The notes: a model not told the origin generated them from the letters alone. Counted from the stretch's first letter, positions 1 through 13,465 are shown. The stretch is 64,000 nt of DNA from Eledone cirrhosa (GCA_964016885.1 OZ024747.1:36146001-36210000); one strand, 5' to 3'. Translations and numbers: made by a program.

Positions 1-1904
1 TATATATATATGTGTGTGTGTGTGTGTGCATATATCTATATATTAACTTTCCTTCTATTACGGACAATTTTAATGAATGCTTCAATTAACCTTATTGCGG
101 TATGAATTGGAATCTTATAGAATAAGAAGCGACTATCATTTGTTGATGATACATTTTAAGTTCCTTCAGTGTATGCAATTTCTTTAATATGGACAGGACA
201 ACCAACAATCTCAAGCCTACACATTTTGATAAAATCGGAAATAATGGAATTTATTAGCTCTTCACAAACACACCATAATATAAGTTTATGGTTTCATTAT
301 CTGTTTATGACATTGATTTGTAAGTTGACGCTTGGCAATTGATCACTGCTCCTCCCTGTTTGTCTTGTGACTCTCACCGTGTATTATGTGTCTTTTGGGT
401 TTTTCCCACGTACAATTCGTACATTCATGAATATAATTTTCGTAAACTAACTTCCTTTTTAATTTTCCGTAACCTCAGCAGCTGCTCGTTTCCTTTGTAG
501 AATTCTTAGAGACAGACCAATACAGTTTGCCTTTGATGATATGATGTAGCTGGTTAATCATACAGTATATATCCTACAGATATTATCTTGCTCTAGACGA
601 TATCCTTACATAATTCTAAACACCGCCAATAACATATTGTTTTGCCTTCCGTTGCAATAACAGTCAGACTAATATTCTTTACTGTTTTGTTATATACACC
701 CAGTAAATCATTCAGTTTACATGTTAACAGTAACATGTTCACAATTAATAATATTTCGTCGATATTTCCAGCTCATTGTTCCTTGTAAATTCCAGATGTA
801 TCCCTTTTTAATTAATGAATGAAAACAAATATTTCAATCTTTAATCTAGATGGTAGACCCCAACATTCATTAAAAATATATACATACTATAATATAATTC
901 TATATTGTATATTTGTTTACTATCGAGTTATGTCATTACAAACTCGTAATTTTACTATTGATTTATGTCATTACAAACTCGTAACTTTTTCAACTTTATA
1001 AGTAGCATATAGAAATTATATTTACATTGTTACGTGGTGTAGTCAAGGCACCTGGTATACATTTTCTTGAATGTCACTTTACTCTCCCTTTTCACTATAC
1101 TTCTAACTTGCAATATATATACAGGATTGCTTAGTTCCGACATTTTGATTATAGTTTCTTTCTTATGAAAGATGACCTACAATAAGCAAACCCAGCAAAG
1201 GAAGAGACCAGCTGTAATGATTGACATGAACAAAGGGCATAGTGATCGACGGATTGCTACTTCAGAAGGAAAGACACTAAAGTCGTTCCAACGGCCATGC
1301 ACAAGGTTACGGCTACTGTGATTCGTATGGACGTAAAGGTCAATGTTATAAGTGTGTGTATATATATATATATATCTCTACACATTTGTCACCAAGGGTT
1401 TGTTGGTTTTGTGGTCCGAATTTGTTATGTAACTCGGTAATCTAATCGAAACAAAAAAAAATGAACGGAGTTTAAATTCTCACCAGAGTTTATTTCCTCT
1501 ATTACAAGTAACGCATCTCGAATTAAAGTAACACACAGGCAGTTGTGCAGCAATATGAAATATATGAATATATATGTACTTATTGTAAAAAGATAAGGAG
1601 GTATAATATTGAAATATAACCATTATAAGTCGCCCACGCTATACATAGATTAATCATCCAGTTTAGCGTTTTCCTTTTGCAAACCTCTTTATGCTTTGTA
1701 TATTCCAATTTAAAGGCCATCAATTATATTGAAAGTTGATGTTATTTAAATCTAGTGCTAATTATGATACTTGCTGCATTAATAGCGCCCGGCCTCATAA
1801 TGCTACGTAGCATCAGAACATATTATTCTGCTGCACATTTACCCTGATCCACTATGAGTATGTCGAATTATATCCCCGTGCTACTGTTTTACTTGTATTA
1901 TTTT

Positions 1905-2143
1905 ACCAGTAATACACTGGGTATTTGCTGGCTTTGTGCCAAAAAGTAGAAACAATTATTTATTTACCAAAGTACGGTGGGTTGGCAGTATCGGTAGAGG
2001 GTCAGACGCCATAATTTGCAGCATAGAGTTACGCTACTTTACGATCTGAACTTTGCCTTTCGTCCTTACGGGGTCGATAAAATAAAGTACAGTAATGCAC
2101 TGGGATAATTGTGGCCTTCTGCCAAATGTAGAAACAATTATTT
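1905..2143 (+). mobile_element. tRNA-derived SINE (Nin/Deu-like central domain), preceded by a duplicated 3' fragment
   Basis: Head TGGCAGTATCGGTAGAG, core CTTTGCCTTTCGTCCTTACGGGGTCGATAAAATAAAGTAC, tail GCCAAATGTAGAAACAATTATT. Many copies in the window. Confidence 0.8.
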
Positions 2144-3629
2144 ATTTATTCTCATGCATTGAAGATAAATGGCTACTTCTGATTACCTTCAATAACTATC
2201 ACACAGAATGTTAATCTCAATCATGAATTTTATGTATCCATGAAATCTATTGTTTATTTTGATAATGAATATGTGTGTTGTTTTGTGGAGAGAAAAGTAT
2301 GTGATGTTCTTGTGAAACTTGTGTTATACGCTATAACAGGTATAACAATAGATGACGTGGGGGTAAATATGCCAGTTAATAATATTTTAGAAGCTATGTT
2401 AAGTGCCTAAATTGCAGCGTAGAAGATTTCATATTTGGTAATAATTCAAAATATCTTTGAAACTGGAATATATATAACAGGTCAATATTGAACATAATGC
2501 TATATATTTCAGTAACAAAACCGCCATTGAATTCTATGAAATCACGTGATAGCTTCATCTTTAAAAATCTAAAACAACAAATGTGAATTTAAAATTAGAA
2601 ACCTAAATAAATGCACGCTAGAGAACTAAAATTTGAAGTCATTTGATGAGAGTGCGATAGTGGTCGTCCGTCATTATAACGATGTGTGAAAAAACACAGA
2701 AAATAAATCATTAATGACAACATAAACATGAATAACAACGCAAACGAAGGAATTTACTCTCCGATAGAAGATATCATTTTGCAAATGGTTTGAAATGAGT
2801 GAATAGTTCACTGCCGATTTTCAGTGAATGAGATAGTTAGAGAATATTAAAAGCAAATTAAATACGTGTTTACTCCCCGGCACCAATAAAAAGGACTGAA
2901 CTGAAAATTGCTGCAACATATGTGTGAGGCCAAAAGCCACAAACGTTGAGTTATGCAATATCTAGTAACTAATAATTCCCTTTTGTGAAGATCCGACAAG
3001 ACTTAAATCTCTGCGTGTCACTTATATACTGAAGGATGTTTAATCATTGCCACCTAATTATCAATAGTTTCCTCAAACGCCACACATAACCATCTCTAGC
3101 TCCGATACTCTATATATACTCAATTATAATTTGTCAAATACGTTTACATGCTTATAAACAGTTGAAATTACAAAATTGATGAAACTTTTTCGAAAACAAT
3201 TTGATAAAAGTTTGTGTCGTGGAAATCGTTAAGAAAACATTTCAGAAAGGTTTTAATGAAATTCTTGGGGAAAATTTCAAAACATTTTGAGCTTAAAAAC
3301 GTTTTCAAATATATTGAAGAAACCCTTTGACATTTTTGAAAACAACTTGAGGAAAACGTTTGGTGCAATTTTGGGGAAATTTTGTTGAAATAGTTGACAA
3401 AAGTTTTATGAAAGGTTTCAGTTAGATATTAGAAAATAAATTGAGATGGTTTTAAAAGATTTTGTAGAAAAGTTTTGTATCATTTTATTAACAATGTTGA
3501 GAGAATATTTGTTAAAATTCTTTATAAAACTAACGAATCTTTAAAAAATAAACTCAGATAAAATGTTGAGAAAGTATTATTAAGGTAAATTTCGAGAAAC
3601 GATTTTCAAAAAATTGCAATAAATTTAGC

Positions 3630-3927
3630 ATGAAATCAGGCCGATCAGTCACTGTATATTTTTGAATATAGCATATATTTTCACTAGTTCTTGACATGAA
3701 CATAGGGCAGGTGGCAGGTGAACAGTGAGTTGTAGGGATGAAGGGTGATACCCAGAAACATTAGTGTCTGCAGTTCTGTGTTCATGCTAACATAAGAGCA
3801 AGAATAAGGGGGTCATTCTAATGACATGGCTATTGAAATGATTCGTTTGCATAATCGCAAACGAATCGAATATTATTATTAATATTCGAAAAACTCAGAT
3901 TACTGTATTCAGCCATGTAGAGCGAAA
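3630..3927. repeat. Single arm of a MITE-like inverted-repeat family (also at 11740 and 37023)
   Basis: Shares GGCAGGTGAACAGTGAG...CAAACGAATCGAATATTATTATTAATATTCGAAAAACTCAGATT with 12085-12285 and 37650-37845. Confidence 0.7.
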
Positions 3928-3941
3928 TATATATATATATA

Positions 3942-4552
3942 CTAGTCGAATTACCCACGGCTTGCTGCGTTTCACACATTTTTCGTAAGAAAGTGATAAT
4001 TGATTTTAAACCAGTGATATAATTTATGGAGAAAATAAAGGGAAAATGTTAAAATAGTAGAGGCATTAAATAATAATTTTTGTTGTCATAATTCTAGTGA
4101 TGTTTTGCCATAGATAAAATGTCTAAATTAGCCAAATTTTACTATAAAGGAGATATGCTTTTTTTGTTGATAATAGAGGTTGCAATACTCAAGTTTCTGT
4201 GATAATAGAGGTTGCAATACTCAAGTTATGGGCCCCCAAAATGTTCACTATAGGGTGTTTGACCCCAATTAGGGTGTCTTAATATTTGCTGAAATTTTGT
4301 GAATAGGCATCATATCTTGTCATTTACCTATGGTTTAAATTTCATATAAATCGAAGGGTAACATTTTCAGCAGGGGTTTTGATTAACATGAAATATACTT
4401 TGATTAACATGGAATATACTTATCCAAGTATCCTGGGCAATGTAGTTTCAGAGTATATATGGTTAGGGGGGGGGGGGGGGTCTATCTTGAAAACCATAGG
4501 AGGAGTTCATGAACAAACAAACAGACAGTAGCTAATACTTTATATGTATAGA
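3942..4552 (-). mobile_element. Non-autonomous Helitron-like element
   Basis: The minus strand reads A|TCTATACATATAAAG ... imperfect GC hairpin (CGCAGCAAGCCGTGGG) ... CTAG|T. This gives a 5' TC, a 3' CTAG, insertion between A and T and no TSD. A CTGT/TTGT microsatellite lies near the 5' end. Confidence 0.7.
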
Positions 4553-4777
4553 TATATTATAAAACTATATATATATATATAAATATAAATTCAGCGAGAA
4601 TCGCATTTCGGCGGGTAGAAAAAGTGAAATGTAACGCAAATTCAGAGTCAGGCTAGCAAGCGCTCGATATTTAAAAAAAACAGAGCTATAAACATATGTT
4701 ATAAACGCCATACAAACTGAAAAGGCATTCAAGAACTCCAAAAACATGTCAAGCTAAACAGCTTAATAAATGATAAA

Positions 4778-4857
<80 letters not shown>

Positions 4858-5225
4858 CCTATGTATGTATGCTTATGTATATATATAATGGTAAGCTAAG
4901 GTCAACACTGAGAGATGAAGAACGAAAACTACATACAAAAATGTGAACATTTTTTTATATATATGTATGTAAAAACAATTGTTTCCCCATATTCTTATTG
5001 TTCTTATTAATATGCAATTTAATTGCATTATACACTCCCGTTGTGTGAAGAAACCCACAAGCTGAAAGCGGTACAAATAATGCGGAAATTGCTATTTTGT
5101 AAATAAATAACTATTTTGATGTTATTCTGAGAGAAAATCTCTTTAGTATTTTCTACAGTTTCTTTTTTACAATGTTTTATATATATCAACTCGTGTGTCA
5201 CATCTCTACATTCTCTCTCTCTCTC

Positions 5226-5286
<61 letters not shown>

Positions 5287-5353
5287 TTCCCTCTCTATCT
5301 ATCTATCTCTCACTCTCTCAATCCCTCTTACTCTCTCTCTCTATATATATATG

Positions 5354-5386
<33 letters not shown>

Positions 5387-5398
5387 GCACATATATAC

Positions 5399-5444
<46 letters not shown>

Positions 5445-5454
5445 ATATATATAT

Positions 5455-5654
5455 GTAAATGTTTAGCGCCGACGGCAGAGGTCAAGCCGTTTGGGTTTCG
5501 AAGACAATTTCTGAAATAGTCCAGAAATAGCCGTTGAAACAGCTTGAGCTCTTCCGTCGGGGTTAAACGTTTTCCTATTACCCACTCTACTACATTAAAT
5601 ATTGAGTACTCTGGTGCGTTATGGTCCATCTTGTTCCTTACCACACTTCCTTCG

Positions 5655-5657
<3 letters not shown>
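5455..5657. repeat. ~190-bp (TA)n-inserted hairpin element, copy 1 (opposite orientation to copies 2-5)
   Basis: Homologous to 13302, 28490, 46134 and 53941; internal foldback CCGACGGCAGAG...CTCTTCCGTCGG. Confidence 0.8.
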
Positions 5658-5690
<33 letters not shown>

Positions 5691-5731
5691 AAGAACACAA
5701 GAGCGTCTACAACATCAACAGATTTTTATTG

Positions 5732-5776
5732 GCTTACAATGTTTCTTCCTTACGTAACCGTAGGATTCGTCAGACC
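5732..5776 (-). ncRNA. Minimal hammerhead ribozyme (stem I mismatch)
   Basis: ggt-CTGACGA-atcct..agga-a-GAAAC-att-GTA-agc. Confidence 0.6.
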
Positions 5777-7050
5777 TATAAATGGGGTTTGATTGGTGTT
5801 GTGGACTCTACCAACCAAACATTCAAGAACAAAGAGTAAAGAGAGTAAAGAGCAAAAGTAGGGGACGATAAGTCTAATTTTGGTGCGGGAGGGTGGGGTG
5901 TGGGTACTTGTTTACTAGCTGCGGTCATATTCATTCCCGGGAGTCGGGTGGTTAGCTGAACCATAGATGGGGTGGCGTCGATAGTATGGTGCAGAGGGTG
6001 CGCAGAGGCTACGCAAACACAAAGGGCATACAATATATATATATATATATAGCGGAGGAGAAAGTACATGAGGTAATTAGAAATGGAAAAAGAGTAATAA
6101 TAATAATCTATAATTAATAGTGTATAATAAGGCATGGGGAAGATTACACTATAATAAGGTATAAAAGTAAGAATAAGGTAAAATATAAAGGAGGATAAAA
6201 GTGGAAATAATGAAGATAAAAAAATAAAGATAAAAAATATATAGAGAATATATAAAGAAATATAAGCGAATATTTGGAGGGGAAAACACAATGTAAAAAA
6301 ACCGATTTTTTCAAATAATAATAAAAATATAATAATTATGGGGGGAGAAAACGGGATAGAGAAATATGATCAAGTGTGATTAGTTGAGAGAATATAACTA
6401 TTATCATCTATATAACTATTATCATCTTATATTCTCTCAACTAATCACACTTGATCATATTTCTCTATCCCGTTTTCTTCCCCCCATAATTATTATATTT
6501 TTATTATTATTTGAAAAAATCGGTTTTTTTACATTGTGTTTTCCCCTCCAAATATTCGCTTATATTTCTTTATATATTCTCTATATATTTTTTATCTTTA
6601 TTTTTTTATCTTTATTATTTCCACTTTTATCCTCCTTTATATTTTACCTTATTCTTACTTTTATACCTTATTATAGTGTAATCTTCACCATGCCTTATTA
6701 TACACTATTAATTATAGATTATTATTATTACTCTTTTTCCATTTCTAATTACCTCATGTATTTTCTCCTCCGCTATATATATATATATATATATTGTATG
6801 CCCTTTGTGTTTGCGTAGCCTCTGCGCACCCTCTGCACCATACTATCGACGCCACCCCATCTATGGTTCAGCTAACCACCCGACTCCCGGGAATGAATAT
6901 GACCGCAGCTAGTAAACAAGTACCCACACCCCACCCTCCCGCACCAAAATTAGACTTATCGTCCCCTACTTTTGCTCTTTACTCTCTTTACTCTTTGTTC
7001 TTGAATGTTTGGTTGGTAGAGTCCATAACACCAATCAAACCTCTTTTATA

Positions 7051-7095
7051 GCTCTGACGAATCCTACGGTTACGTAAGGAAGAAACATTGTAAGC
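7051..7095 (+). ncRNA. Minimal type I hammerhead ribozyme
   Basis: gct-CTGACGA-atcct...agga-a-GAAAC-att-GTA|agc, followed by AATAAA. Confidence 0.75.
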
Positions 7096-7423
7096 CAATA
7101 AAAATCTTTTGATGTTGTAGACGCTCTTGTGTTCTTTTTCATATATACGGCTCTGATCCAAAGCATAGAGCTAATTATTATGCTGCCAATACCTTAATGG
7201 GACACGGGTATACAATACCTAACTCCTATTAACCTAAGTATATATATATATATATATATAATATATTTATATATAAGATTAAAATACTAGAGTGCGTTGG
7301 AGTTAAACACACTCGTCGTATAAGAGAAATGATATTAAAGGTATAGCTCAATGTAATTCAACAGAGCCGTAAAATTATAAAAAATAAACAAAGAAGCTTT
7401 CAATACATCAAAAGTCTTTATTA

Positions 7424-7464
7424 GCTGACAGTGTTTCGTCCCTTTAATAGGGACTCATCAGAGC
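7424..7464 (-). ncRNA. Minimal type I hammerhead ribozyme
   Basis: gct-CTGATGA-GTCCC-tattaaa-GGGAC-GAAAC-act-GTC|agc, followed by AATAAA. Confidence 0.85.
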
Positions 7465-7760
7465 AAGTAAAGAGACAAGAAGCATTAACGGCCATAACAG
7501 GCCAAAACTCAGAAAAACAGGGAATTTATATCCATGAAAACTTAGGAAAGACAACATGGAAAGATATTCTAAAGCTAAAAGTGTGCATTTGCAAATATAG
7601 ACTATAGGGTTAGAGAGCGAGTAATATGTCAAACCCACGTTGAAAGTACAGTATAAGACAAATACATGAAACACAACATGGTAATACAATGTGAGAATTA
7701 TGAGAATTATAATATGATATAGAATACAATATAATGGATAATAAGAAATAAAAAGCTTAA

Positions 7761-7797
<37 letters not shown>

Positions 7798-9270
7798 ATA
7801 TATATACACATTTACACAAACACATACTAATACTTATTAAAATATTTAAATATAAATATATTCTTTATAATATAATAATAATCGTTATAATAGAATAACC
7901 ACCCTGACGGTGTGCATAAACAATACTAAAAACAATGGAATAATATACTGACATTAAAAAATATATAAAACTACATCATGCGTATCATTTAAGGTCAACA
8001 AATTGTATATAAAGTTTTTCACAGGGTAAGAAAAATATTAAATAAAAGTATAGTGAAAAAATATATATAAATATATATAATATACAGAGGCATCGGCAGT
8101 TCAAATTCATAAAATATTACAAAACAGTACCCCAATATCGGACATATATTTATAATTCAATTACATAAAAATAATATGACATAATAATGTTAATATTAAC
8201 AGACACACAGAATCAATGGAAAATGCTTAAGACATATTTACGCGATGAATACAAATAGACATACCAGGATATAATAACAGATGATAGGAAAACAGACAGC
8301 ATGTGGTAGTAAAAAAAATAAATAACATAAACACGAAGAACAAAAACAAAGACACGCACAGACACGTAGGCGTTACAAGTCATTAGGTAAATATAGAAAA
8401 TATTACTATTCTAGATCAAAGAATTGAATTAAAAACCTTATTAAATTAATTAATACTAAAATTGTTTAAAAGACATTATGGGTCACTTCACATGGAACAG
8501 AACCCAAGTCATCAAAGTCGAATAAAATCAAGATATTTCAATAAAAAGGCTAAGAGATGTATCAGGATATATTACGATCCGTCCGACGAATAACGTTATC
8601 AAAAGAAAAAAAACTCTAAATAAAACTATGGTAGACCAATGGAAACAGAAAGAAGTGAAACTATGGAGGGTAGGAAGGAGCATAAAAGTAAAAATGTATA
8701 TATATATAATCAATAAGGCGAATATTAGGTGTAGAAAGTACGAGGTTCATTAGCCTTAGATATAGGAGACTGAAATTAAACTATTCAATAAGATACCCTC
8801 CAACGAGGGATGAAAATAAAGATAGAAACTTATAAGGCGACAATGGTGAGTAAAAATGTAATAATGGTTAAGATGATAGATAGGATAAGATAGCTAAAGA
8901 GACTATGAAAACTAAAAACGAAAAACCGTAGAAAACTAATAATGGTAATAATAATGAACTAAAACCAAAGAGATAAGGAAATATAGCAGCTAATGGATGC
9001 GGTTTAAACTACCAGAGTGTTTAGGTTTATAATAGAAGAAGGAATTAGAAATAGCATTACATATATTCTCATATTACTCGCTCTCTAACCCTATAGTCTA
9101 TATTCTCATATTACTCGCTCTCTAACCCTATAGTCTATATTTGCAAATGCACACTTTTAGCTTTAGAATATCTTTCCGTGTTGTCTTTCCTAAGTTTTCA
9201 TGGATATAAATTCCCTGTTTTTATGAGTTTTGGATTATTATGGCCGTTAATGCTTCTTGTCTCTTTACTT

Positions 9271-9311
9271 GCTCTGATGAGTCCCTATTAAAGGGACGAA
9301 ACACTGTCAGC
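9271..9311 (+). ncRNA. Minimal type I hammerhead ribozyme
   Basis: gct-CTGATGA-GTCCC-tattaaa-GGGAC-GAAAC-act-GTC|agc, followed by AATAAA. Confidence 0.85.
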
Positions 9312-9386
9312 TAATAAAGACTTTGGATGTATTGAAGGCTTCTTTGTTTATTTTTTATAATTTTTATAATATATATATATATATAT

Positions 9387-9756
9387 ATATTAATTCAAAT
9401 ATTAACAAAATAGATATTCTTGTGATCAATTAAATTTTATTATACATATTTCAGAGGTACTTGAATCAGGTTCAACAGTACGTCCTCATCAGATAAAATA
9501 AAATGATACATGACATACCCTGAAATGGTATGTCATGTATCATTTTATTTTATCTGATGAAGACGTACTGTTGAACCTGATGCAAGTACCTCTGACATAT
9601 GTATAATAAAATGTAATTGATCACAAGAATATCTATTTTGTTAATATTTGAATTAATATTAGTAACTCTGGAAAAATATTAATACTGTAGAGTGCTTCCA
9701 ATCTACTGTAAAACCCATTCTTTGATGTACTCATTGAATCTTGTTTAACTCTTTAA
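9387..9756. mobile_element. Short foldback HHR element (same family as 43446-45910)
   Basis: Arms ~9387-9519 and 9527-9659 around the loop CTGAAAT. The tail 9660-9756 matches 45812-45910. Flanked by (TA)n. Confidence 0.85.
9435..9498 (-). ncRNA. Hammerhead ribozyme (mirror copy at 9548-9611 has GAAA>GACA)
   Basis: TTTTAT-CTGATGA-ggacgtac...gtacctct-GAAA-tatgt-ATA|ATAAAA. Confidence 0.7.
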
Positions 9757-9777
9757 TATATATATATATATATATAT

Positions 9778-11720
9778 GGAGAGGCAGAGGAGTGATAGAT
9801 TGGAGGGACTGAGGACAGTGTGACGAGGAGGTATGGGTACTTCACCAACGCAGTGGCGGAAGCAAGTGAGACACTGGTGCCGAGGAGAGAGAAGAAGAGG
9901 AAGTCCGTCGGCTCTGCAAACCCAAAAGTGTGTGCAGCCAGAGAACACCTGAAAGTTGCCAAGGACCAATTCTATGCTGATATTACGGAGGAGATGAGGG
10001 AGAATATTGAGGTGACGTGGGGAGAACTCTGTACCGCTTACACTGAGGCCAGAGACGAGTCACTGATAGAGAAGATGAGAAGTGTGGAGAGACCGGTTGG
10101 CAGGTCTGGATCTAAGGAGAGCTGGATGATCATCAACGAGATCACAGGGATGAAGAGGTGTTCGAGTCAGATCCAGGAAACAGTGCCTGAGGATAGGAAG
10201 ATGAAATGGCTGGACCATTTTAGGACCCTACTAGGAGGGCCGCACACCACAGAGAGATGCTTCAGAGAGGTGCTTCAGAGATCCAAGAAGAACATCATGG
10301 AGTAGATGGAGTGGCATCAGAGTGGCATCAGATGTGATGAAGAGGTGTGACTTTGATGATATCATCCTGGGGTTCTGTAACCAGGCGCTGGAGAAAGGAG
10401 TTGGCCCGAATCAGTGGAGGATCAGTAACATCGTCCCAGTGCCAAAGAAGGGAGAGATCTCTAACACCAACAACTACAGGGGGATCTCACTGGTGTCACT
10501 TATGGCAAAGACCCTCAACGGGATGATTCTTAACAGGATCCAGCCCAAGATCGAGAGGAATCTCATGGACAACCAGAATGGCTCGAGAGAGGGGAGATCA
10601 ATTACCAGTCACATCCTGATGCTAAGGAGGATATTAGAGGGAGCTAGAACAAAGAACCTTACTGCAGTCATGATTTTCATTGACTTTAGGAAGGCTTTGA
10701 TGAAGATCTTACAGGCTTATGGAATCCCCAAGAAGATAGTGACCCTGACATCACTGCTCTACACCAACACCAACGCCTATGGGATGACGGAATGCTTTGA
10801 GATACTGTCTGCAGTGCTCCAGGGCGATACATTGTCTCCCTGCCTTCTTAGCATCACAGTGGACTATTGTATGCGCCTAGCACTAGAGAAACACCAGGAC
10901 TCTGGCTTTACTGTAACCTTTGCTCAGAACTGGAGAGTTAATGCGAAAAAGATATCGGATGCTGAATTTACCGACGACATAGTTCTGGTAACAAACACAG
11001 TGAAAGAGGCAGAGGAGTTGATGCAGGTGGTGGAGACTGTGTCGATAAGTGTGAGGCTGAGAATGAATGAGATTAAGACGAAGTATCTGGTAGAGAATAT
11101 TAAGAAGCCATAGGAGATTGCTAATGTAGGCGGGAAGCCGCTAGAAATGGTTGAGGACTTCCTGTATCTGGGTGCAAAGATTGTGAATACAGAATATGAT
11201 GTGGTCGAGAGGTAGAGCAAAGCCTGGGCGGCATGTCACAGTTAGAGATCGGTGTGAAAGTCGGACCTACGTAAAGACCTAAAGATCCGTCTCTTCGTTG
11301 CTGTAGTGGAGTCTGTGATGCTGTAAGTGCCTGAGACCTGGGCATTGACCAAGAAACTCACTCAGATGGTGGATGGGTGCTACACGAGAATGTTGAGGAT
11401 GACTCTGAACATTAATCAGTATAGACTGAGGATGAAAAAACTCAAAGCTGTACGGGAGCCTCCCAAAAGTCAGCTCGAGAGTGGCACAGAGGAGACTTAG
11501 GTAATCTCACCGACATCCAGAGTTGACACTGCACGCAGTTCTCCTGTGGGAGCCCCTGCATGAACACACTAGAAGAGTAGTCCAAGGTTGACATATGTTG
11601 ATGCCCTAAGGACAGACACTGGTCTTCTGGAACCGTAGGACATGGCAGCGATGATGACGAACAGAGACCGCTGGAGAGAACTCGTCCATGGATCTCGGGA
11701 ATTTTACCCGCCCTAGATAG
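9778..11720 (+). mobile_element. 5'-truncated RTE-clade non-LTR retrotransposon, RT pseudogene
   Basis: ORF 10322-11113 contains WRISNIVPVPKKG, NYRGISL, FIDFRKA, LQGDTLSP and FTDDI; downstream FLYLG and VDGCYTRMLR occur with stops and frameshifts. Confidence 0.9.
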
Positions 11721-11739
11721 ATATATGTAAATAATAATA

Positions 11740-12286
11740 AAAAATTCGCTCTACATGCCTGAATACAATAAATGTAATCTGAGTTTTTCGAAATGTTAAT
11801 ACTAATATTCGATTCGTTTGAAATTATGCAAACAAGCCTCATTCTTGCTCTTGTGTTGGCATGTAAACAGAACTGCAGACTCTAATGTTCCTTGGTATTA
11901 CCATTCATGAGTATTTGAATATGGCAAAACCGGCCATTAATCGCTCATCTCCAGGAAACTGATCGACCAATCTGCTGATATGCAAATCTGGCTGATCAGT
12001 AGATCTACCACTCTGCTAATATGCAAATCAGGCCAATCTGTCACTGCTTATTTTAGAAAATATCATATATCTTCACGAGCTCTGACAGTTGGCAGGTGAA
12101 CAGTGAGCTGTACTGATGTAGCGTAATACCCAGAAACATTAGTATATTCAGTTCTGTTTACTTGCCAACACAAGAGCGAGAATGAGGGCTCATTCTACTA
12201 ACATGGCTTTAAAAATGAGTTTTGTTTGTATAATTACAAACGAATTAAATATTAGTATTAATATTCGAAAAACTCAGATTATATTC

Positions 12287-12290
<4 letters not shown>
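11740..12290. mobile_element. MITE-like element with long inverted arms
   Basis: Left AATCTGAGTTTTTCGAA...TTCGTTTG versus right CAAACGAA...TTCGAAAAACTCAGATT; homologous to 37023-37850. Confidence 0.7.
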
Positions 12291-12334
<44 letters not shown>

Positions 12335-12364
12335 TCATATATATACATTCATATATATATATAT

Positions 12365-13240
12365 ACTCGGCGTAGCTTAATTCGCCATGGGGCCCGGGGC
12401 GTGGCCGGTGTTTTAACCGCCACATAGTACCTTTAAATTACAGAACAAATCGGAACTATTAGATATATCAACCTGAAAATGTTAAACTGTTTAACTTTAA
12501 ATTTTCTAACCCCTTTAATATTGAATATTGATTATTCATTTTTTAACTTCATCCTAGAAGTCTAAACATTGTAACACACTGACTCGCAATATATTCACCT
12601 CTGCTAAGCTGCGGGTCCCTGTGAACATTTTCTAGCGCCACTCCTGGCCTGACTGTGGTCTGACATTAATATCGACCTTACTCCCTCTTTCTTTCGATCT
12701 TCCTTCTTGTAGCCATCAACCCTTACTTTTCTACTTCTCTCTTCTCTTCCTTCTCTTCTCCCCTCTTCCTGTCTTCCTCCCGCAGACTTATCTTCCTTCC
12801 CCCTCTTGCTTGCCTATATCTGACCGGTAGTAGTTACCTTTCTTCTTTTATCTGACATTAACCCTGGCTTCTCTTCTTCTTTCTTCCCCTTCTTCTCACT
12901 CCTTCCTTTCTTTCCTTCTTTTACCTTGTGTCATGAGATTGACGCTAACTTATGTTCCCATCCCTTTCTGTTTTCGCTTATCTGACCGGTAGTAGCATAG
13001 TATAAACTTTAGCCACGCCACTCGAGGACGACCGGCTGAGGTTGAAGGAACAGAATAGCGGTCGCCCTCCGGTCCTCGATTTTCAGCCCCATGGATTTTA
13101 TCTATTACATTCACGTATTATATTTCGAATTCCTGATGATATCACCGGATTCATACGGAACCCGGTCATTGAAATGATCATAGTATAATAAACCTTTCAA
13201 GGATTTACACAAATCCAGCCTCCTCTCATTTCATTATATT
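12365..13240 (+). mobile_element. Non-coding HHR-terminated element (family shared with 57405-58490)
   Basis: Both ends are homologous to 57470-57560 and 58340-58490; pyrimidine-rich body; bounded by (TA)n. Confidence 0.7.
13129..13186 (+). ncRNA. Hammerhead ribozyme
   Basis: attc-CTGATGA-tatcACCGG...CCGGTcatt-GAAA-TGATCA-TA|gtat-AATAAA; palindromic stem III ATGATCAT; one stem I mismatch. Confidence 0.7.
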
Positions 13241-13261
13241 ATATATATATATATATATACA

Positions 13262-13301
<40 letters not shown>

Positions 13302-13304
<3 letters not shown>

Positions 13305-13465
13305 CGAAGGAAATGTGGTAAGGAACCAGGTGGACCATAGCACACCAAAGTACTCAATACTTAGGGTAGTAGAGTGGGTAATAGGAACGAGTAGGACCCC
13401 GACGACTGAGCTCAAGCCGTTTCGAAACGGCTTGAGCTCAGCCGTCGGGGTTCGACTCGTTCCCA
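13302..13465. repeat. (TA)n-inserted hairpin element, copy 2
   Basis: AACGAAGGAAATGTGGTAAGG...CCCCGACGACTGAGCTCAAGCCGTTTCGAAACGGCTTGAGCTCAGCCGTCGGGG. Confidence 0.8.

Larger units (their letters stand above)
5686..7145. mobile_element. ~1.45-kb foldback element with ~710-bp arms, flanked by (TA)n, one HHR per arm
   Basis: 5686-6396 is the near-exact reverse complement of 6427-7145; the ORF track gives mirror peptides on the two strands. Confidence 0.9.
7275..9370. mobile_element. Non-coding element with ~260-bp terminal inverted arms, each carrying an HHR
   Basis: 7371-7629 is the reverse complement of ~9105-9370; bounded by (TA)n on both sides. Confidence 0.8.

Noticed and set aside
3140-3630. 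AT-rich region with recurring TTTTGAAAA-like words
   Set aside because: No consistent period could be established; treated as low-complexity DNA.
5776-7051. Hydrophobic membrane-protein-like ORFs (171, 144 and 85 aa)
   Set aside because: They are mirror translations of a T-rich palindrome with frame breaks at TA runs and no domain motifs.
13302-13465. CRISPR-like or terminator interpretation of the recurrent hairpin repeat
   Set aside because: The context is eukaryotic, the copies are dispersed, and there is no repeat-spacer array or cas gene.
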